DNA from: Dimorphilus gyrociliatus
Taxonomy: Eukaryota > Animalia > Annelida
DNA: 64,000 bases
Direction: 5' to 3'
Assembly (NCBI GenBank): GCA_904063045.1
Contig: CAJFCJ010000002.1
Location: 4,273,891 to 4,337,890, forward strand
The position numbers and the translations under genes are program-made. Below, piece by piece: positions 36,489 to 49,495 of the stretch (positions within the stretch are counted from its first letter, which is position 1; every line of letters starts with the position of its first letter). Below the pieces are notes generated by a model that ran no database searches, was not told where the DNA came from, and worked only from the letters and a program-made list of their open reading frames with translations.

Positions 36489-39400
36489 CGGCAGAATATC
36501 GGAGTAGGCCATTTTATTTTTTAATTTCGCTGTCCAATAAAATTTGTGAATCTTGGATCAAATAAAAGTTGCTAAATCCGAAATTAATTGTTTTCAATAT
36601 CTAAGTATTAAATATACATATATATGAATCCATCATTAAAACACTCACAGAAGCCTTACGTAGTAATTCCTATAACCAATATCTAATGGAAATATTTAGT
36701 CATCTGACTATAGTTTTCGAGAATTGTTAAATTGTTAAAATACACTTACGAACGAAAATATTATAAAAAAAATTCGAGTATAAAAATAATTGAATAATAT
36801 TGATTTTACATATAATCTACTTATAGAGCAAACTAGATCTTAAGTAACGATTAAATGTTAGACTGTAAAAAAAATAACTCATTATAGACGCAGACCGTTC
36901 ACGAATTGCTATTTAAAATGAATCATCGAATGGGGACAATATTGCTGTTAATATAAATAATCGATTTAGTAATAATTGATTATATTGAATTTTTTTCATA
37001 AGCATAACACATTCCAACAGATATTTTTTTGTATTGCACTTACTTTCACGCCACAAATACAACTTTTGATAGAATAAGGATTGTATTATTGAAATTATAT
37101 AAACAACTAATCTAAGGCAATTAAAAGAAATCTGTACTTGAGCACTTTCTAACATTTAAAACTTTTATGGTTTTATCATATTGTTAAATTGAAAATTTTC
37201 TATTTTAAACTGTATTAGTTTCTTTGGGTAGTTTATAAAGGAAATTCAAGGAGACGCTCGTGTTTTTCATTGAATACTTATAATTTAATAATCAAAAAGA
37301 TAATACAGTTGTTTGATGTGAACATTTTCCGCAGGTGTTCTCATATTATTAAAATCCTTGAGAACTCGTTCTAGATGGCGCTTTTTACCTGAAGAAACTG
37401 ATTACTATGTTTTACCTATGAACAAATAAATCAAAGAATACAATACTTTAAACTTTTGATGACTTTTCACTTTCATTTCAAACTTTTCGAACTATGTAAA
37501 ACAAGGCAAAATCAATCACCTGCAATCCAAGCTTAGAATTTCTTACAAATGAATTTAACAGCATATACAATTGTAAAGAAGTAAAATTAACTTAAAGTGA
37601 GAGTATATATTCCTCACAATATCTTTATTGTACTCAGAAAAAAAGAGAAAGTACTTTACTTTTAAAATGTTACATTGTTACATTTAGATATTTTGCTCGT
37701 TGAATATATGAATAAGTAAATTTGACGGAAAATTTTCAAAGGGATTTGGCGAAATGTACTACTAACTTAAAGTAAATTAATAGATTGAGCTAGTGAGTTT
37801 AAGTATCATGGTTTTAAAAAATAAGTTAGCTATTAAATATCTTATTTATTCAATGTTTCTAAAGTAAAAGACACTATAGACTTTGTTTATTGTATGGAAA
37901 CTTCTCTAGTTATTATGTTAAAGTAAGTTGGAAGTATCTATATCAAGATTATATGGGTCTTTTTCAATTTTTTTGGTTTACTGAAGAGGTCGCCACGCTT
38001 CCCAAAAAACATATTAGTGTATACACTCTGCTTGCCCACTTCAACTTTTAACCTTGACCGACTTTTTTTTAAAGATTCTTCGAATCAAACTTTTTTCTCG
38101 AATTCGATTGGCTAAGAATCTGATTACATAAGAATTATTGCATAATCAACTGGTGACATTTTTGGGGGGCGCTCTGAGTGTTTACCTGGTTAGAAGCTGT
38201 TTGGGCAGCATTGGATGAGGAACAGCCGTCTCTCTACCAACTCTCCTCTTGCATCAGGCTATCGATGGCTTTCAAACAACTTTATTATCTCATTGTCTTT
38301 GCGCTTTTGCCAATGGCACTATAAGAATTCGCGAATGTGATTTTACAATTGATGGCGAGTTCTTTTAGGCCAGATGTGAAAGCTGCAAGAAATCTTCTTT
38401 ACGAGCTCTTTTCCCTCCCTTCTCCCACTTCAAGGAGACTACTTCAAAAGAAATTTAACCATCTTCTTTAATTAATAAATTGTAGTTAGAATAAAGTTAG
38501 GAAAGAGACAGAATTTGAGAAAATAAATTTGAATCACTCATTGACCCATCAGTGACCCCTTAAACCTGTTTCAGGTTGAAACCCTGCTGTTTGACTTTCG
38601 CGGAGTCAACTAGACGCGTATATAGTCCCAATTTTTTTTATCAAGATAGTAAAGCTAATCCCTACTAATTCCCTTTATCTGAAAGAAGATAGTTTGCTAA
38701 ATTACGTAGATATGGTAGAGTTGAGCTTATGTAATGTTATCTCATATATGGTAAAAATGTGTTTTAAGAGCAGTCGATTAAATATATGGCAAAATAATCT
38801 ACAAAAAGCATGACGCTTAATAATAGAAGTTAAGCGAAGCGTAAACAGAAGGATGTTCATAACGACCGTCTCTTTTGTGGAATTGTTACATTGTTGCTTT
38901 TCTTCCTTTGTGACTGAAATTGGCATGCTATTCTTAAGCATAGTCTTACAAATGTTTCGAGTGAAAGTAATTTTCATTTCTTGCTCTCATCTCATCTGAA
39001 TCATTGTCGGTCATGGCATTAAATAAATAATGATATGATGAGCTGCTGTGTCACAGCAAGTTCAGGTATTGTATAGAAGTAATCGTGCGTAGAGGGAATG
39101 TTCGCGAGCGTTTAGACACGAGAGGGCAAAGGGTAAAATGATCTGCTTCTGTCCATAGATTCGCAGAGACATATAAATATACTCAATTACAGCTTTATTA
39201 TTGATAATATTGAAGCAATAATTTTTCTAAGATACTCAGCTTAAGCAATCTTCTGTTAGCCTTGTACCAAATAATGACCAACAATAGGTATCTCTACCTA
39301 ATTATTTGATTAATTAAAATTGAATTTTCATCTTAAATTTTCCTAGACTTTTATCTTGGGACTTTTTTTAGCATGATAAAAATAATTGAATCATTTAAAT

Positions 39401-39653
39401 ACAAATAAATCACTTTAAATTTAAATTTGTTCATTACTTCAGATTGTAATCACATATTTTAGTAATTTTTGTATCTTTTATATATACAAAAAAAACTTTC
39501 TAAACAAGACGCGGTAACAAGTCTCTTCCAAACCGTAGTTTAGTTAACCCGAAAATATTTTTGACCAATCCCGAAGTTCTGGTAAATTTAAAAAAAACCG
39601 TTGCACTCTTTAAATTCGTAATTTCTATATTTGTAGCTATTATAGCTAAAAAG

Positions 39654-40832
39654 ATGTTAGATTTAGACTCATTACGTTATAATGATTTGCAAACTTTGGC
39701 CAAGCAATTTGGTATAAAAGCCAATCAAAAAGTAAGTAAGTTTGTATTTGTTTTCCATCCTTTAAAAACGAAAAATATATATCTTTTTTAGGCTGTCAAA
39801 CTAAAAGCAGTCTTGAAGAAGAAATTAGAGTCAATTGAGGATGAAGACAAAAATGAATTACTCAATAAGACATTTGATATTACTGATGATGAGGATATGG
39901 ATACCAGCACTGCTACAGGTAAGCATATACCTGCTTCAATAAAAGCCAATTTTATAGTTATTTGTATTATGTAATATCAAAAAGAAGAGAAAGTCGATAT
40001 ACATCCAGATGTATCAATAGATAAATCGAAAGATATGGATAGAGAAAATGATATAAAAGGTAAAATTTAAGAAAAGACAATTTATGTCTTTTTCAATACA
40101 AATTTCCAAATATTTCTTTAAATTTAGACTTGCAAGAGGAAAGTAAAATAGTCAACTCAGAACCTGGACCATCTTCAGCTACTCCACTAAAAGGTTAGTC
40201 AGTGGTGAAAATGTTTACTACTCGATAATTATACTTTGATCAATCCTATTCTCCTTTTTTGTTGATCCAACAGAGAAAAATGAAACTGAATCTGCAAATG
40301 AACAAGGAACAGGCATGTTTACAAATAAACAAGAAATATTTTTAATCTAATAAAAACTATTCTGTCTCTCATTATAGAATCTTCGATTACGAAGAAGAGA
40401 CCACCCTGTGATCAAGACAAAGTAGCGAAAAGCGCGAAAAAAATAAAAGCTAGACCAGATTTTGCATCTATTCACAGAAAGAATTTTGATAAAATGCAGT
40501 CAATTGACGATGTCGTGAAAAGACGTGAAGAGCAGAGGAAGAGACTCGCATTAGGTAAATCAGTAGAGAAAAAGATTTTCAAACCTTCTGTAACGAGTTT
40601 AAAAGAAGCAACATTTGATTTTGGAAAAACAACACCAGCTAATTCAACTAACAGTACTAAAATTTTCAAGTTTACCGCTACGCCATCTACAGGATCACAG
40701 TCATCTCGAAAAAAGTTTAATTTGACGGAATCATTAAAAAAGCCTCTAAGTTACAAACCTCATTGTGGTAAATTGAAACCGTTTGATGGTAAAAATGTGT
40801 ACACAACTGCACTGGCAAAAAGAAAGCTATAG
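39654..40832 (+). CDS. NUSAP1: Nucleolar and spindle-associated protein homologue
   Basis: Exons 39654-39731, 39792-39918, 39985-40059, 40128-40193, 40274-40312 and 40378-40832. N-terminal SAP-like LDSLRYNDLQTLAKQFGIKANQKAVKL and the conserved PDFASIHRKNFDKMQSIDD motif. Confidence 0.85.
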
Positions 40833-41137
40833 AAAATCGCGCTAAATTGTGTTAAAGATTATACCAGACCTATATTCCTAATGAAAAACGTATGTTTATC
40901 AAAGGATCGAAAAAAACTGTCCTATCTTTTCTATAGCTCAAAAAAACGTTACCAAAAAGAAAGTAATTTTTAGTGGATATTTTCTCATTTTCATCTATTT
41001 GCAAATAATTATTTGAGAAGTGACATTGTTATTATCATTATCTATTTGTAAATATGTACTGTTATAAGCATTTTTTTTCTTGTGTATTAGTTCAATATCC
41101 AAAGACCAAGATGTAAATATCTAAATAGCTCTTTAAA

Positions 41138-42434
41138 TCAACTATGTTGTTTAATGAATTGAACTATGGATCCTATCAACTGTTTGTTTTCGAGGCAGAA
41201 GTCAACCAGATTGAGAAGAACATGAAATCCTTTGGGATCGTGATAATGTTCCACTTTAACTCCATATTTCTGAAGTCTCCTTAAAACGAGGAGACCATCG
41301 TCCCGGAGAACGTCGTACTGCATTGTTGCGAGAAAAGTTGGTGGAAAGTTTGTGAAATTTTTTAAAAGGATCGAGAATTTATCGTCTTGGAATAGATATC
41401 CGTATTGATCCCAAAATTCTTTGCTATATTCGCATTCTTCGTTTTCTGATAGTTCTTTTCCATAATCATATTTATTAGGAAAATGAAAATCTAGTATTTT
41501 GGATTGATGCAATTCTTTCAAATAGGAACACTTAGTTTGAAGGTTCTTTCTAAATATCTCCTCCCACTCAAACGTACCAGTCATATAGAGCGACCAATAT
41601 TTCGCCATGTTTTCAGTTGGCAATAGATGGTGATTTTCATTGACTTTATAACTAGGTCCCGAAAGACTATACGGCTGAGTAACTGGATAGATGGAAATAA
41701 TTGATCTTAATGAGGGAAGGTGATCTGGTCTGTTAACAAATCTATGTGCCATCTGAATACTAAGGTGCCCCCCGGCACTGTCTCCTCCAACCATAATTTT
41801 CTTTGGGTCAATTTTGAATATTTTTGCATTTTTCATCAAATAAACAATTGCCGCTTCGCAATCATCCTCTGGACCAGGATACTATGAAAATAATTAGATT
41901 TGATTATATAAAGCTAGACAAGCATTTCGTATAGAGTATTTCTGAGATGATAGTTACAAATCAATAATTTAAACAAACTTTATGCTCAGGAGCCATTTTA
42001 TAATCTAAGGAAACCGTAAATATTTGCAATTCGTTGAATAATTTCTGAACAACAGGATGATGTGATTTCGGTGAGCCGCTAACCCAACCTCCGCCATGGA
42101 TGAACACGAAAGCTGGACCATTTTCTTCTACTTTATCATTAGTATAGATTCGAACCTTTGTATTATCCCAAGTTGCATCCGTCCAATCACGATCTCTGCT
42201 GAATATGTCGGATGTAGATGCAAGCGCATTGAAGATAAAGCGTTTTCCGTCAGAAAAAGAGACTAATCCGAGAGAAACACACAAATTTTGGAGGTCATTG
42301 ATGCCGCCGTAAATGAATTTAACGATCCTTAAGGATCCAGGTTTTGAAAAACCTGCTGGTACATCAATTCGTTGAACTTCGTAGGCAACATATATACCAA
42401 TGCATATTGCACCAAAGAGGAGTAGTTTTCTCAT
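41138..42434 (-). CDS. Arylacetamide deacetylase / neutral cholesterol ester hydrolase-like HSL-family lipase
   Basis: Exons 42434-41979 and 41881-41138. N-terminal signal-anchor, HGGG oxyanion motif, GDSAGG nucleophile, YDVLRDDG acid and C-terminal GFH histidine. Confidence 0.9.
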
Positions 42435-44249
42435 TCTAATTTCTGCTGTATAGTCAAATATTAAAGTCTATCCTCTATCTTCTAGTAAACGAGAAGTAGG
42501 TTAGAGAAAATGATGTCCTTTTTAAATTTATTCACAGATAATTATTGATAAGGTACAGACGAAATCAGTAATTTTTTGGCCTACTGCCTCTCTACTACTG
42601 TTTTTTTTTGACCTTAAAAAACCTAGATCTGTTTCAAAAAAGTTCGTATTGATCTGTCGAATAGCGAGTGTTAAACACAATTTTATAGCTATATATTGTA
42701 TACAATAATTAACAACCGCTATGCATATGATGTGCTGCAAAAGAAACGCCACTATTAAAAAAATAATTGTATTATCACTCATTGCTGCATTCCCCACTAT
42801 ACTTAGTCTCTTCTCCTATAAATTCTCAACTTGATGTCGTCCTTAAACTAATAGTCTTTTGCACTAGATTTACAAGAATAATATTTGTCAAAAGCCTTTC
42901 TTTCATTAGTTTACTAGTTTTCAGGTGTTTGACAAATGAAATATGAAACGCTCAATCTCAACGCTAATGGTTCTTCATTTATTTGTCATTTTATTATGTG
43001 GCCAGAGATTTAAGAATCTAATTTCTTAATAGCATAGAATCTACAACCAGGAATACACAAATTATCTTTTCCCTTTGTTTATTACGCAATCGCTAACCAT
43101 CTTTCGTTTAATTCTCTAAATATTCGTTTCCCTTAGATGGCGATGCAAGAAGTATAATTTAAACTTTACACCATCAGGTATATGTTTAAAAGATGGGTGG
43201 ATGGTTTTTAGTTCATATTTAATGAAAACATTACATTTTTTAAAGAAAAAAAAACAGTTTCTTTAATGTCTAATTCGAAAAGGTGCAGTTTATTTCTTTG
43301 TTACTAAACAATTAGTCACAAATATAAAATAAATTCTTCGTGTTTTTTCTTGGCTCAACAATAATTGTTAATAATTATCATAAGTACTATATTTTTCTAT
43401 AACGATCGTTAAATGACGAAACCGAAACCTGCACAAAAATGACTTCTCATATTGAAATTTAACTGACACAACCTATAGCGAGGTCATAAAAGAACACAAA
43501 AATTGACAAAAACAGTTTACAATAGACAAATTGGTCTTTGGCAATTTTTTAATGATTGGAGCGGAGCAAAAATCAGATAACATTTCTAGTCAAAATAATG
43601 TTACAAAAAACATAGACTGCATATAAATTCATAATTTGAATCTAAAAATATGCAATTCATTAATTTTCACTATATATAATTTTTATTAAGTGTATGTTGT
43701 ATAAACACATAACAAGAGAATACTAATGTATAAATGTCACAGGAAGATAAAGGAGCTATGGATAGAGACATATTTTTTGATATTTGAAAACAACAATTTA
43801 GCTCTGCTACTTATTCTTTATTTCCAAGATTATATACAATTAGAAACAATTTCTGTCAGCCCCTTTATTTTCAGTTGCTATTAAAAGTATAAGTCATTGT
43901 AGATTTGGATATTACTGAGAAAACGTAAATACTTGAGCGGGGAACACATAAAATAACAAACAAACACTTTTCTAGTGTGTTTTTAGGGAATAAATTATAT
44001 ACTACAAGATAAATAGTTTAATATCAAGGCTAATAATAATCTAAAATGTTAATAATGACTCGAAGTTATGAGTAAAGTAAAAGGAAAAATTTTGATAAAC
44101 AAACCAATAAATATCATTCAGTTACCTATGTTTTCACTTTAAACTGTACAACAACAATTTTCATAAACTTGACTTTTAAAATATGCATATGCGCTTACTA
44201 ATTTGAAAAATAAAGGCATCCAAGCTATGATTTGATATCATTTAATGAC

Positions 44250-47047
44250 CTAATTTTGGGGGTATACACCAATCTGTGCATTTAAGATCTTCATCATAAT
44301 CCATGTATACAGAGGTCGATATTCAATTTTATCAACTTCATATTTCACTGAATTTAGCCCTTCTTGCTTATATCTAATAGGTCGCCACCTATTTGCTAAA
44401 TAAGCAAATTGAAAAGGAGGATTTCTTCTATCTCTATCATGCTTTATCATCTGATATGAAGAGGCAGTTTTGGGAAATCGTAAAATTCTAAGTTGTTGTG
44501 CAATCACTCTTTTGAACATATCATCATCTTCACCTCCCCATCCCCAAAAGTCATTTGAATATCCATTGCACTGTCGAAATAATTTCGGTGGCATTGATAT
44601 AGCTCCTCCAAATATTGCTCTATAGGGAACCCTGCAATATAAATGGAATAGTACCTTTAATGTTTTTTTTGATAAATTTTTCCACATTTTTTTGCTTTGT
44701 ACTAAAAATTACAAAACGAGAAATAGTTTCTTCAGTTTTACTATACAGGTTATAACTAGTAGATTTGGACGTTTGTATACATCGTCAAATCTAATAATAC
44801 CAAGTAATATTGTCCTATATAACTTACTAGAAAGGACGTTACTATGACAAAGCAAGTAATAAATCGTAAAAGCTTAGGAATTTGCCACAGCTGTAAAAAA
44901 TCGATGCTTCGAATTATTTATATATTTCAAGGTTTAGAGTTAGTCTCCTTCGTTCTTGGTATTGTAACAATAATAAAGTCTAATTCGTATAGACTCCCAA
45001 TTGCCTTAAGCTATTTGAAAACAAAAGAGAAGGATGGGGTTAAATTTGTTTGTATTATTTCCTAGTTAACCAATACTTCCCTGCAAAACATGTTTAGAAG
45101 CGTTATAAAAATAACTTAAATAGAAACTACCTGACAGTGTCACAAAGTACAAAGAACTTTGATATAAACTTCATGCTAGACAAAAACTGTGTGGTCTAGA
45201 ATTTTATTTACTTCAGTATACCTTAAATAGGTTAATGTGAAAAAATGCAGTAAAGCGTTTTGAGATCTATATAACTAAAGAACGAATTTTTATTGAATAC
45301 CTAGTGTGTATGAAAGGTCTCGGACTTTCAACATCCAAGTTACTAAAAGGTTTCACTTTTTCGATAAATGGTTAGCTATAACTTTCGCATTCTATCGTAT
45401 GCCAGAAAAACAACTGCAGGAGACGGCGTACTTTAATCTTTGTATATTTTAATTTCTTTAATCAACACGAGCAAATAAAATAAACTGATCTGGACTTTAT
45501 CAGTTAAAAGCGAAAAAACTCATTATTTTCCCTTAATTAGTCGTGACGTTAAGTGTCAAAGATTTTGATACTGTAGCTGCGGTTGTTACCTGCGTAAAAT
45601 GCTACGTGATGCCACGTTTCTACAGATGTACGACCTAAAGAATATTGATCAGCAAAATAAATATAGAAAGTAAGTTTGCCACCAACTTATATTATTAAAA
45701 CATTAATTAACGTTCGATTAATCAATAAAAGACCAAGTAAACAGCTTTTCACTTTCTTAGTACAATAGGCCCTTATACGAAACTATAAGAAATGCATTGG
45801 AAAACAGGTGAAAAGAAAGGAAGGAGAAATGTATGCTTTACCAAAGAAGGTCGTAAATCGACAGGATAATAGAAAAAGAATCTATCATTAAAAGAATAAT
45901 AAACTTACGTATAATTCCATTTGCTCAAATGGCTACCAACATGTCTAAAGCTTTTACTACAAGCATAAAAATTTCTGTCATCCTCAGGTAACATATCAAC
46001 GTCGTGAAATATTATGCAATCAAAATTTCCCAATTTATTCACCTCCAAGAAACCAGCATTCATTATCGCGGCTTTGTTGAATCTCTCAGGACTAGATTGT
46101 TCAACAACAAATATAGTGTAATCCAATAATTGTCTTTGCAGCATCGGATGCAGTATTGATAAAAAGATCTTCAAATGGGCATCTCTATCGAGAAATGGAA
46201 CAATCACAGCTAATTTTTGCCGGGGTTTACAAATGCTTGGCTGCCACGTTCCACCGGCTTTTACAGGTTTACCCGGATCTGGATTCGTTAGATTTATTGG
46301 CCCTTCTGTAAAAATTGAAACATCGTATAAATTAAATTGTAAAGTTACGATATCATTTAAATAAATTATGTATTTAAATTTCGGCATATTGTTAAAAAAA
46401 GAAATTTTTATTTCATTTAAATTGCACTTACTTAAATATGGTGATACACAGGGGCAGGTATTTGCATGGTCTTTTATTTCACAAATACTATCGTACTGCA
46501 ATAAGAATTCTTGCATCGTCATACTGCAACACAATGTATTAAATTGATAAATGAGTTACTGTGCAGGCAACAATGAATAATTCATAAAAAAAAGATATCA
46601 ACCAATAAACTGCATAGATAACATATACAGTATATATACTGCATATATGTATATTAAATACTGAAAATTTATATATACTTCTATACACGTTCTCTACATA
46701 CCCTATGCACCCCTATATATTTATACTACGCTTTTATATAGCTATGCTGATATATCTAATATAAAATTATCTTACTTATCAGGATATTCATCGATGTATT
46801 TTTGAAAGTTGTTGTCAAAATATCTTTGGTTAAGAGGAACTTTAACACTGTCATCGCTAAATAAAACGACTAGAATAACAACCAAAACTTCAACACTGAG
46901 TATTGCAACCGTGAACAATGCACATGTTCGAAAAGAGCAATCGTTGGCAGAGTTAGAGCGAATTAGGGCTCTTTCGTAAGTGTACTCAAAACATTGGTGC
47001 TCCTTAGGCTCATACTTAATAATCTTATCTTGCATTGGATACTTCAT
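44250..47047 (-). CDS. Beta-1,4-galactosyltransferase / beta-1,4-GalNAc-transferase family (GT7) enzyme
   Basis: Exons 47047-46776, 46523-46432, 46305-45909 and 44631-44250. Type II TM segment, CPCVSPYLKGP stem, FNKAAIMNAG, IFHDVDMLPEDDRNFY and FWGWGGEDDD. Confidence 0.92.
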
Positions 47048-47787
47048 GGATATTCTGTTATAGAAACCATCTATTTCTCGACGATCACTCTAGATTTTCC
47101 ATTTGCTTCTTGCCAATGTAAATCTGTATTATCGCCCTCTGCAATACTATCCAAAGTCAACGGTTCCTGCCTAGTCCTTATATGACAGAGACACTACTTT
47201 ACTAAGTTTTCTTACAATCGTTGATAAATTGCGATGTCGTTGGTAAGTGAAGAAAATTTCGGCAAGATGCTAATATAATTCCCTATTTGGACGTAACTGA
47301 TATAGTAAATGCAGGTGTCGCCATCTTTGAGTACGTTTTTTTCTGAAACACTGTAGTTAATCATTTGTCCGTCAGGGAAAGTATCGATTAATACTTGGTC
47401 ATGTAAGAAGATTTATGATTAAAAATTGCGTTTACGACCGCAACAGTTAAGAGACGTCGATAAACTGTATCCTTATTTATTTTCTGTTGATACTTTCTAA
47501 TGACTTGATGCAGGATCAATAGTTCATGCAATATACATCTATAGACTTATTGTGAAGTCTCAAAAAGTGTTAAAAATCTGTAACCAATTTATTTGATGTT
47601 AAATCATTGATAGAAGATAGTAAATAGTAATACAAGAATATCTAAAAGTAACATATTTATTATGTTTTTCTAACTTTTCAGGGATTTTACAAATAGCCAT
47701 CTAGTGGTTATTCTTTCGTAAAAATTGATTGAACAAGTGTTCATTTCCCGTCATGTATCGCCACGTCGACTGAATTAGACTAAAGAA

Positions 47788-49016
47788 ATGTATAGAGGTG
47801 TATTCTTCTTTCTATTTGCTAGTTATTTGTTATCAATAATTAACGCTAAAACTGCTGATGGCGAAGGTGGTTATCCAGGCTTTCAATATGAATTCAAAGT
47901 TGAAGTTGGAGCTGGTAAAAAAGAATGTTTCTATCAATATGTAAAGGAGCAAGCCCAAATGCATTTATCATTTGAAGTGTTGAGAGGAGCAGACAGAAAC
48001 GTCGATGTCACTCTAAAGAAGGATAACAGAGTTATCGAAAGTCATATGTGGACTTTTGAGGGTAGTTCTGACATTGACATCACTGAGAGAGGTGTTTATA
48101 GTTTATGTATCGACAATTCCTTCGCAAGATTCTCAAGCAAAGTAGTATACATCTATTTTGTTGCTTATGTTACTGATGAATGGCAAAAATATACGGAAGA
48201 GTTAAAAAGTTTTCAAATATCAGTTAATAATTTTACGGTAAGTTATTGGTGCTTTTTAACGCCAGCCGTCTGGTATATTGCTTTTTCATTTAATTGCGAT
48301 TGATTGAAGAATGATAAACAAAAAATAATTTGCTTCATTTGATTGACCATAGCGTGATTAACCATCCTAGAATTTATTAAACTGTGCGAAATTTAGCATA
48401 CCAAACTTAAGTATTTACATTCAAAGGCATCTTATCTATTGCTTGCTAAATCAATTACTGTATGTATCAAAATTGATTGTTAATAATTTAATACTCTCAT
48501 TCTAAAAATGGTTCATTATCTATAAAAAAAACAGAAAACTTTCAACTTTCTTTCTACTAGTTTAAGAAAAATGCACATCTATCTTCATTCTTTTAGTAAA
48601 AGTTCAGAATCCGACACAAGATTATTATCTCTGAGTGCTGAAATGGTTGACTTCTATTCCTCTATGTTTGTCTTTGTTCTTATAAGTTCAGCAGTCATTC
48701 AAGTATTTTTTGTCAAGGGATTCTTCAATCAATTTTCAGTAATAAAAGTTTGAGATAACATTAAATAGTTTATGTTTATATTTGACAGAGAAGTGCACGA
48801 AGTGTACAAGAGGCTTTACAAAAAACCAAAGCTGAATTATTTGAAAAAAGAAAAATTGACATGTACCATATGTATTTGATGATTGATACATCTTGGTCAA
48901 TTAACTTTTGGTCTACAATATTTTTAATTGTACTAATATGTACATCCGCTCTACAAGTTTTCTTCGTGAGGCGACTATTTAAAATTAATAAGCTACCAAG
49001 CGTACCCCGACCTTAG
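47788..49016 (+). CDS. p24/TMED cargo receptor (GOLD domain) with two candidate terminal cassettes
   Basis: Exon 1 (47788-48237) encodes a signal peptide and GOLD domain (VGAGKKECFYQ...YSLCIDNSFARFSSKVVY). Terminal exon B (48789-49016; INFWS-TM-RRLF). Alternative cassette A comprises 48371-48426 plus 48597-48753 (VDFYS-TM-KGFF). Confidence 0.88.
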
Positions 49017-49495
49017 ATGGCATAGACTGATGTAAGACTTTATTCTATGAAGTTAGGAATTATAAAATTACTAACATTCTTGGGTGCCTTGAACAACTTT
49101 TTATGAGTGGGTGTTTTTGCGAGATTTCGAAAAAACCACCCCATTTTAGAATATTTACTTTCTATCAAGATAACTGCTCATCTCTCTTCTAATTTATTTT
49201 AATACAACTTAAGGCGTTAGGACCATCCAAAATTCATCACTCACACAATTTTAATCATCAATTTATAATGGCTTCAAACACAAATCAAGTTAATAAAAAA
49301 TAAAAAATGAATAATAACATTAGCTGAAAATTGATAGACAACCTGATATTGAGAATTGGCTATTTTACGAAAAATGGTAAAATATTCCAAAAAGTATACG
49401 TGTCTATAAACTAGTTAACTACAATAACACTAATGATTTTTTTATCTCGTAATCGTATCTTATATAAAACAAAAGGGATTTAATAAAAAGATCCA

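Noticed and set aside
38572-38586. tRNA gene or tRNA B-box at CAGGTTGAAACCCTG
   Set aside because: It lacks the TTC of the T-loop, and no acceptor, D or anticodon arms can be built.
42528-42797. 89-aa hydrophobic minus-strand ORF upstream of the lipase
   Set aside because: It has a GTG start, AT-driven hydrophobic composition and no recognisable motif; more likely UTR or promoter sequence.
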